This document shows, in pieces, positions 21,481 through 30,040 of a stretch of DNA of 30,040 nt. How positions within the stretch are numbered: position 1 is the first letter of the stretch; every line of letters begins with the position of its first letter. The stretch comes from Ginkgo biloba (taxonomy: Eukaryota; Plantae; Ginkgophyta): contig JANKJI020000004.1 in NCBI GenBank assembly GCA_024626585.2, forward strand, positions 30,745,767 to 30,775,806, read 5' to 3'. A program made the translations under genes and the position numbers. The notes below the pieces were generated by a model. That model saw only the letters and a list, made by a program, of their open reading frames with translations. It searched no databases and had not been told where the DNA came from.

Positions 21481-23035
21481 GAGGGGTGGACTCCAATAGT
21501 TCCTTAATAGTTGTTGGTGGTTAATATCTACATATAGCACTAAAAGTTTGGTGGCCCATTCCATCCAAGCCCCATAGGGGGTTCATATGGCCAACATAAT
21601 GGTTTTTGGATTCCTTACTGCAAGACATCCCTATTCTAACTGTTCCTGTCCTACTAACCTGAAAACTAAGGCATTAACAATTTGTATCCATAAATTAGTG
21701 TTTGTTAATTTTGCGCAGTTGTTGCTTGCATTGTTACTACGCATTAACTATGATTGTTTTTCTTTCAAAGCGTTTGACTAAAGTCGCCTCACTTTATTTT
21801 GCATTTTTCGTATAAGATGCAAGTCTAATGAGGTTGTTTTTACAAGTGTAGGAGAGCGAGTTGTTACAGAAGTGTCTTTTCTTTAGTTGCTTTTTTCTTA
21901 AAGGGAAGTGGAGTTGTTAGTACATCTTGTTCTTATTGAACGTTTACACTTGTCTTTAAGTACTCCCATAATCATGTCCAATCATCCCATTTTTGTGCCT
22001 TTGCTCAAGGCTTATCATAGTAGCAATTTTTCCTTATGTTTTGTGATTCCCATTAATCACAAAAATTTGCACCAAATTACAAATGCCATTGTTACACTTC
22101 AACATAAAATGTGTGTAAAACTAGGCCATGGTCTAGAGCCTCATGATAACAATACAAAATGGCATCAATGACGCAATCACCCAATTCTATATTTAGTTCC
22201 TTTGGTCATTTCCTTGAGCATAAGTTTTGCTCTTTTGAAGGGCCTACACAATACAATTGCATTATGCACACCAGTATTGAAGCACTCTTATGAAAAAACA
22301 ACTTTTCCTTCTTGGGGTGACATTGTATCCCACAAGGATCAAGACTCCAATTGCTTTGTGTTGACAGCAATAAGACACCGTACTGCAGTCCAGAAGCCTA
22401 ATAGAACTGGCAGATAGCAAATTGGGTCCTCATTCAGCAAGTTTCAACACTATTTTGTCTATCACTTCATTCGTTCGTCCAAACGAATGAAGCCGTTCGT
22501 CTATCGCCTTTGTTTGTTCGTTTCGTTATTTGTCATGGAGCGAACGACTTAACGAACGAATGAAGAAAATTGAACAGTAACAAAACTGTGTATGAACAAA
22601 ATGAATTGTTAGCAGCTGAATAGGCATTAAATGAGGCACACCCCTTCATTTAAGAGGGGCATCCTCTCCTATTGTACTTTTTGANNNNNNNNNNNNNNNN
22701 NNNNNNNNNNNNNNNNNNNNNNNNNNNNNNNNNNNNNNNNNNNNNNNNNNNNNNNNNNNNNNNNNNNNNNNNNNNNNNNNNNNNCTCATTTTTATTTGGG
22801 AGATGACAATAGTGCCGAAGAAGGGGTTGAAATAGACCTACACCTAGCACTCCTCGTAGCTACAAGGGGTGGACTCAAACAGAAAGGCCTTTTGGGGTTG
22901 ACGGTTAGCATTTTATGCACTGGAGGTTTGTGTTGGTAGCTACGGTAGGTCCCCAAAGGTGCTTCTCATGGCCAACTGGTGAGTGTTAATGCAAGTCACC
23001 AATCCATTCCCTTGCCCCTAGCAGTCTAACCGTTG
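21481..23035 (+). repeat. Diverged direct repeat pair (about 21481-21640 and 22864-23035), probably LTR fragments
   Basis: gaggggtggactccaatag vs aaggggtggactcaaacag, and ccccatagggggttcatatggccaac vs ccccaaaggtgcttctcatggccaac, in the same order with similar spacing. Confidence 0.55.
22426..22625. mobile_element. MITE-like ~200-bp foldback element with (GTTC)n/(GAAC)n subterminal motifs
   Basis: Perfect 13-bp inverted repeat CTTCATTCGTTCG (22465-77) / CGAACGAATGAAG (22553-65). Imperfect outer IR attcagc...aaca / tgtt...gctgaat. CpG-rich relative to the flanks. Confidence 0.55.
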
Positions 23036-24327
23036 AGTCTTCTATGAATACATGTTACATGGCTATATGATTTAGCATAGATGAATAATTTCCTTTATTT
23101 CTTTGATATGCTTATTTATTTATATATAATCATATGTGCACTCTAATTATTCATGCATGTTGTTTATACTCATTTATGTATTCTCAATTATCCATGCATT
23201 TTTATAAGCAAATAATATAGATAAGTATACGTGATTAAAGGCGGGACTATTACATTTGCAGCATCTACAAATCTATTCTTGCTACTGTGTGGTTTTAGAA
23301 ATTTATTCCCCACATTATTCTATGATTCCATCCCCCACATAAGCATTCAAACCATAAAAATGTTTTGCAATCCTCGTGACTTCATTTCCATTCCTTTAGT
23401 TCATCATACGCAGAGGTCAACTAGATCTTTTCAGAAGACAAATTTATGGCATCAAACCCCTATGCAATTCATACAATAGCCATTACCAACCATAAATCTA
23501 TGGGTTAAACTTTTGTTTTATGTTAGTTTATGGTTGGATGTGACTTATGCAACAAACATATCACTTAAGACATGGTAATTACCTCTAGAACAACATGAAA
23601 TCTTATCAACTAGGTTTCCAACCCTGTTGCTTTTTGAGGCAGCTCTGATGTCTCCTTCAACTTAACAACCCTTCTTCTAGGGTTTTTTGGCCAAGTTGTT
23701 GGCAATCTGCTTCAACAATATCACACTTTGGGGGCTTCTCCAGCAACATTCACTGCCTCAAGCAGAGTCAAATTGCTTTTTGCTCTTTCTTAATCCTTCT
23801 TGCAGGCCAAACTGCATAAATCTACTTTTAGCCATATGGCATTTTACTAAAATTGACCTCTAGCCTCCTTCTGGAGTCCAAAGTACTTAGTACTATACCT
23901 TTCTGGAACTGGCTCAATGAGGCACATCTAAATATGCTTGGCCGTGTATGAAATAATATTTCNNNNNNNNNNNNNNACTCGTAGTTAAAAAAGGACAGTG
24001 GGAAGTTGACAATAGCATGCTTCTGGGAAATGATAAACCCAACTGATCCATGTAGGAATGTAAGGCCTTAAGCTTGTTTGGGCTGTGCTGTATTGGCAGC
24101 TTCACTAAAGTTCTTATCTTCCTATAGTTAATGACTTGTGGATCTAGTCCTAGTGTGGATTCATTGTTTTCATATCCAGAAGGTGCTCTATGTTGTTCTC
24201 TCCATCAAGCATCTGTTTGAACTAGAGACGGGACATATAACCTGTCAAAATTATCCTCTCTGTGAGGCTGTCACATGTTTAGAGGGAGTTAGGACGTGGG
24301 TATGAGAAACTTTAATACTAACACACA

Positions 24328-25257
24328 TGTGGCTCAACCCTATGAAACTAATGTATTATGGGTCCTGAAGAAGATGATCACAATACAGCTCTTGAACTGC
24401 TACATGGTTTTTGGAAGGTGATAAAAGTCACCCTGAGAAACAAAATACAGTTGGAAGTGAAAATAAGAAAGTTGTCAAAGATTGCAATTCCATAATTGAT
24501 TGTAAACTTCTGCAAAACTGATGACATCAGTAGAAGAAGAAGGCCAAAGATGACATCAAAATTGACTTACACGAAATGAATTTTATTTGATAAAGAACCA
24601 GCTGATTGCATCTCATAAATTTCGTCTTTAACTCATCATTGCAGATGCGGGAGAATTGCCTCTATATACAGACATTTGCATATGAAATAGATCTAATGAT
24701 AACTTTAAACACATAAAACTTCTTTGCAATTACGGTTAGCTCTTGCAACATAGAGAGAATGCAACCCCATAGAGATAAATCACTTTATTTAGCCAAGCTA
24801 GATCAAGGGTTGGCCTTACTGTACAAAAGGGAAGATTCGAATATCACCTGTAAAAGGGAAGCTTGTATATTAACAAGCGATCACTCTGTGCAGACTGTAG
24901 GGGATGCCAACATGGGCCGAGGGCAATATGCTATTTTCCAAAGGCAAAATACATGATTGCGAAACTGTATACCATCGGCCAAGGCAGGTTTACCTGAGGC
25001 ATACATCAACACATTTATTTGTATGATAGAAATAGATTTATATCAATGTAAATTTATTGTTGCTGTGAAAAACAGTTCAATAATTTGACTCAAGACAACT
25101 GTAGCTCATTTATGATTAACATGACAAATAGTATCAACTGACTATAGCACCTTGTTTGTATTAAGCAGACCTTTACTTGCTTAAGTATCCTATGTACCTT
25201 GGGCACACTGCCAGTGCAGGCCAAAAATAAATAACAGAGCTCCATTAATATTCTACA
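24328..25257 (+). mobile_element. Solo LTR (930 bp) with near-perfect 5-bp TSD
   Basis: Termini TGTGG...CTACA. Flanks ACACA (24323-27) and ATACA (25258-62) differ by one C>T. TATA-like CTATATA at about 24662. No coding remnant inside. Confidence 0.6.
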
Positions 25258-25891
25258 ATACATGTATATATATTTACAAAGAGGCCACAATGACATAAAT
25301 TTGGTTGCCGTCATTGCACAATCTAAAAACAAAGAACAGAACTTGCATTTTATGGCAANNNNNNNNNNNNNNNNNNNNNNNNNNNNNNNNGGGACGCCCG
25401 ATAGGGCTATGCTAGGGTTTGGTGTCGATGGACGAGTCTTTCTACCTGCAACTCACGTTGGGTTCGGACCTACTACTGAGGGCATTCGTCTGGCTGAATG
25501 CCAGGAGGGTGAGTTTCTTGTGTGTGGCAGATGGCACATTTGGATCATTGCTTGGCGTTGTGTTGCAGGTCTGCGGCCACAGTGGTATTCTCTCTATGCT
25601 CTTGGGAACTGTGGATATTGGCCGCCCAGTTCTCTCGTTGCAGCTATGGTTAACGTGCAACTATGTATGGCGTTTCTTGTGGTGCACTGTGGTTTGCTTC
25701 TGGTGTCTCCAGTGGTGCATTGCAGTTTGCTTTTGGCATTTCCTGTTGATGCATGGTTCCTGCTGTTGCGGTTAGTTTTCGTGCCTGGCTANNNNNNNNN
25801 NNNNNNNNNNNNNNNNNNNNNNNNNNNNNNNNNNNNNNNNNNNNNNNNNNNNNNNNNNNNNNNNNNNNNNNNNNNNNNNNNNNNNNNNNNN

Positions 25892-27030
25892 GTTGAAGAA
25901 CTAATCCTCAGTTTGTTGGACCCAACAAAGCCTTTCACCATCTTTATGGATGCTAGTGGGGTAGCAATTGGTGTTGATTTCACTCAAGGAGTGAAAGTTA
26001 TTGCTTATAAAAGTCTCAAGATGAATGATGGCGAAAAGAGATATCCTATTTATGATCAAGAGTTATTGGCCATATTTCATGCTATCAAGATCTAGAAGCA
26101 TTACCTCAAGACCAATGAATTGAGGTAGCAATTGATCATAATCCTTTGCTCTCATTTTTTCCTAGAGGAGGGTTAGGGTCGAGACAATATCAATGAGCCA
26201 TGATGTTTAAGGAGTTTCAACCCAAATTGATGTACTAGGTTAGGAAAGAGAATGTAGTTGCATATGCCCTTTCAAGAACGCCACAAGAAAATAACATCAT
26301 GCTTGTGTAGGAATCTTTGAGGAACGAAATTAAAGAATTTCAAAAACAATATCAATGGCATTGGACTATAAAGAAGTTTTTAGAAGGAGATCCTCTTCAA
26401 AACTTTCAAATTAATAATGACATCTTGTGGTATGGGGAAAGAATTGAAATCCTTGACAGTGCACAACTAAAGCATAAGATTTTGTAGGAGTTATATGAAA
26501 TTTCTTTTGCCATCCACATTGGACAGGACAAAACTCATGAAGCAGCAAGTATGTCTATTGGAAAAACATGATGAAAGAAATGGTGGATTATGTGAAAGCA
26601 TGTGAGCAATGCCAAGTAAATAAAGAAAAAAGAGATCAATCAAGAATTATGCCATTACCAATTTTGGAAGGAAAATCGGGAGGTATTCCTATGGATTTTT
26701 TCACTTCTCTTCCAAAATTGCAAAAGCAACATGACTGGATGTTGGTAGTGGTTGATTGGCTCACATAGATGGCAAGATTCATTTCTTGTTGTATGATACG
26801 CTAGGGTAAGGATATTGTCAATATCAAACAATTGAAATATTCACAAAATCCAGAGTACTGAAGAGCACAACGGAGATACAAAATTTACAAGCCATTTATG
26901 GAAATATTTCCCTCAAAGCTTGGGTATCAAGTTGAACTTCAATAGTGGTGATCACGCTCAAACTAATGGGCAAATGGAGAGGGTAAGTCAGATTATGGAG
27001 GGCATGTTGAGGTTAAGTGTGGCTAGTAAT
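25892..27030 (+). mobile_element. pol: Degenerate chromovirus-type Ty3/gypsy pol: RNase H and integrase
   Basis: RNase H: PFTIFMDASGVAIG...IAYKS..M...EKRYPIYDQELLAI..AIKI*KHYL...IDH...ENVVAYALSR. Integrase Zn finger: HIGQDKT...YVKACEQCQVNK. Integrase core: MDFFTSLP...LVVVDWLT...DTKFTS..W...HAQTNGQMER. The RH-then-INT order is the gypsy order. Many stops and frameshifts. Confidence 0.95.
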
Positions 27031-27165
27031 GATCCGAAGCTTACTATGTGTACAATAGAAGCAATNNNNNNNNNNNNNNNNNNNNNNNNNNNNNNNNNNN
27101 NNNNNNNNNNNNNNNNNNNNNNNNNNNNNNNNNNNNNNNNNNNNNNNNNNNNNNNNNNNNNNNNN

Positions 27166-28145
27166 CCCTAACACTTAAAACTCGACTCTCACACCAAAGG
27201 ACTTTCTCTCTCCTATTTATGGTTTTTTCTCTTTTCATAAATGCTAAGGACATGTCTTTCAAAAAATTGGTTATAACCCTAACCCTACTATTTTTTCATT
27301 TTCTTGGATAATTAATGTGACTAGTACATCATTCAATGCGCCCAAGGAGGCCCTAAGGCTATCTTTGATTAGCATTGACCACGTCATAAGTGCTTCTTAT
27401 ATAAGTGCGATATCATAAAACTATGACCTAATTTAGGTCGGGTTAACCTGCATTGACCCCACTTTGACCAGTCATTAATGCGCATTAATTAAGTTGAATT
27501 TGACCTGCATTGACTCAATTTTGATCCGTCGTTAATGCATCTTAATTAAATCAACTTTGACCATAATTTGACTATTGTCAATGTACCTTAATTTCAGGTT
27601 AGTTTTGACCACTTTTACTAGGTTTGACTAATGACATAGTAGCATTCAATTTTGTCTTCTTTTGCGACTTTGACCAAGTTTGACTAAGAACTTCCTCAGC
27701 ATTAAATACTATTATTCTTTTGCAGTTTTTACCATCTTTGACCAACGACTTTGACTATCTTTGACCAACAACTTTGAGTAGGTTTGATTGCATTTATGGC
27801 TGGTTTTAGTGTTGACATAATAAATTTTGGGTTGGTAGGAGTTTGACATTAGTAGGTACAACCTCATAAATGCAGTTTTACCTACTCTTTTGACTGGTTG
27901 ACCATTTCAACTTGTTCTTAAGGGATGCCATGCCATCATCTCCTCACTATATCCTTTGCCATGTCATCAAGGATTTGCCACATCATCCCATATTTTCCAT
28001 GTCATCCTCGTCTTTCGTCAACTGCCACGTCATTTGATGCCACCATCATCTACAATTGTAGGCTTTTGTCGTTATTTGATTAATTCATCTTGTCACCAAA
28101 ATCCAACTAACATCTCGTTAGACACTATTATCTTGAATGTCCTCA
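27166..28145 (-). mobile_element. Gypsy LTR fragment, inverted homolog of 15228-16374
   Basis: Reverse complement gcatttatgaaaagagaaaaaaccataaatagg...tgtgagagtcgag matches 15973-16044. Same gatgtggca and ggtcaa arrays. Starts TGAGGAC on the minus strand; the 3' end is lost in a gap. Confidence 0.7.
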
Positions 28146-29108
28146 CTCAAGTGAGATAACAACTTATGAGGGTTCAACAAGTGGGAGGGATAACCTCGCT
28201 TCTATCCCTTCCCCCTTACCCAGGAATGATTTTCACCCTCCTTCATTCGTCATTGTCAATTCAATATGCTCTTAATCAATCATTATCCTTGTCAATCAAT
28301 GTTGCGAAGATTATCGTGTTGCCTACATCTATATTGACATCTAGTAGGCCCTTATTGTATTGGGGGATCGGACTAGCCATCAAGAAGGTTATAAACTTAG
28401 CGATTGTGCTCATTTTATTTTTTTGTGTTTTTCTACTTTTTATGGACTTTTTCGCCTTTTTTTTTTTGTGATTTTTTTATATCTTTTCACTTTTCCTACA
28501 TTTTAGATGTAGAATACCATACCATACCATACGATAACATGTCTATAGTTCATTGATCTTCTTGCAAATTGATTGAACAATGGCACTACCTTTTATGGCT
28601 TCCATGTACCCAACTCAACCATAACTTGTTAAACTATTGACCATAGATCAACCCATGTGTCCATATGCTCTAACGATGATCTAGTGAAATCCCGATCTTC
28701 TTCTTGAATTGATGGGTTTGACAATGATTTTCACTTATCCAAAGTAGTAAACGATCTCTTTTATGGCCCATCCCTATAGTTTGTCGTTGATTGTTTAGAA
28801 CTGCATATGATCCGATCTGGGTAAATACCAGGTGAATTGTTTGTTGCTTTTTACTTCACCATATTTTTTGATTTATACAACATTACTGCTCAAACTGACT
28901 ATTATGGTGACCTATTTTTTCATTATTATGATTTACTCTTTCAACCATGCATGGTTGCTTGTTGTTTTTTGAATTATCATACTATCTTTGTATGTGGTAA
29001 CATGCTTCATACACCTCTTGCAACCAATTCAACAAAGAGCATTTTGTATCATTGTCGTCTGAGCTATTGTGAATCTCACTTTTGCCATGTATGTTGGGTT
29101 CCTGGGAC

Positions 29109-29441
29109 TCATCCTTTTTGGCCCCACAATGATAATACAAACTTGGAATATGAACTGGCTATGTCTTCAGAAGATATTATCATGTTTGGCGCATCATCTT
29201 CCACTTTGAAGAAGGCTAGACCATCTACAACCATTGGCAATATTAAAGATTTACTACCTTGTCGTAAAGTAAATGTATAACTTCCCCAATCTAGGATCAC
29301 CTTCATTTCGTGCATCCACTAGCGTCCAAGTAGTGTTGGGTGTGATCATCCTCTAACAAGCATTTGTAACACATCAAAATCTTGTTGAAGGATTACCCTT
29401 GCCACTATGATTGTTGTGTTTCACAATACCCCAAAGGTCAT
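29109..29441 (-). pseudogene. C-terminal half of a non-chromovirus gypsy aspartic protease
   Basis: Minus strand reads FGVL*NTTIIVARVILQQDFDVLQM...SHPTLLGR*WMHEMKVILDWG (LLGRxW motif). Same type as the protease at 8099-8400. The active-site half is cut off at 29442. Confidence 0.8.
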
Positions 29442-30040
29442 TGATTTGAAACCCAAAATGTGTAAAAGAGAAGCAAACTAAAATGAATAAAAACTCACAA
29501 TCATAGGCAACGGTCAAATGTCAAACACTTATTTTATTGATGAAAGAAAATAAAATGCTCTACAGAGATTTACAAGAAGCTTGGAAATGGAATCAAAATC
29601 CACAAATTACAAAGCTTTAAATCCCTTGAATTGGGAATGCTTATTAGAGAGCTTAAAAGCATTGTCTCACACGAGGATTGACTTGAAATTTGTAGTCAAG
29701 AAGCTTAAGCCTGAAGCTTAAAGGTTGAAGAAGAACAAGAAGAAATTATTTGGGATTAATCTTATCCCTGTTGTTGTCTTACAAATTGCTTTGACTTGCC
29801 CAAAAGATTTCACAACCTCTCCTTTTTAACCAACTCCCCCCATTTCTTAATTCGAGCTAGCTTTTATAATATGCTGCAATTGTCGATTTGGTTATCAAAT
29901 TGTTCGATTCAACTTCTTGTCTAAAGCTTAGTCAATGTGGGAACATGCCACATGGCAAAGCACTGATGTGAAAGATGAGCTAGAGCGTAGAGGGGTTGCC
30001 TAAGTGTCTTGGTATAGTGTTGTAGCTTTATGCTCTGTCA
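29442..30040 (-). mobile_element. Probable LTR inserted into the protease, running off the window
   Basis: Coding similarity stops abruptly at TGATTTGAAACCC (...TCA end on the minus strand). The minus strand carries AATAAA (plus-strand tttatt, about 29533) and TATAAAAG (plus-strand cttttata, about 29861). Confidence 0.5.

Noticed and set aside
21860-23900. Faint LINE-like words on the minus strand (KGTKYRIG near 22200; AIWLKVDL near 23830)
   Set aside because: Isolated short matches without ordered supporting motifs.
24635-24684. ttgcAG followed by a frame reading DAGELPL, resembling the next CYP37 exon (DGELPVLPL)
   Set aside because: That frame is out of phase with the AG, diverges after ELP, stops within about 14 codons, and lies inside a solo LTR next to its TATA box.
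24352-25262. Alternative LTR termini TGTATT...AATACA
   Set aside because: The flanks (actaa/tgtat) are not a TSD; the 24328-25257 boundaries give a 4/5 TSD.
25262-26095. 277-aa ORF as a hydrophobic domain fused to RNase H
   Set aside because: It spans two gaps joining unrelated segments; only the last ~67 aa are gypsy RNase H.
27420-27900. Regularly recurring ttgacc/ttgact units as a CRISPR-like array
   Set aside because: The units are short and degenerate with no constant repeat-spacer structure; they are part of a plant LTR.
28837-29280. 147-aa plus-strand ORF
   Set aside because: TTG start, no recognisable domain, and it is antisense to the gypsy protease region.

Overview
AT-rich, CpG-depleted, gap-riddled scaffold from a large land-plant nuclear genome. 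A gymnosperm or fern is my inference from the repeat load and intron scale. It is not prokaryotic. The only host-gene signal is two intact, phase-0, GT-AG exons on the + strand (13080-13133 and 13406-13561), both missed by the ORF track. They encode 70 aa of the cyclophilin domain of thylakoid-lumen PPIase CYP37. I found no other CYP37 exon in the called bases, so the window is probably giant intron(s) packed with decayed, nested transposons. These include Ty3/gypsy pieces (gag, tandem zinc knuckles, two proteases, RNase H-integrase, chromodomain+PPT+LTR), several LTR or solo-LTR copies, two L1-LINE ORF2 remnants and MITE-like elements. Nearly all ORF-track entries are spurious or read through Ns. 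I found no convincing novel biological system. The best leads are the giant-intron architecture, the inverted repeat pairs around and after the exons, and an internally deleted gypsy element. All alignments were done by eye, and repeat boundaries are approximate unless termini are quoted.
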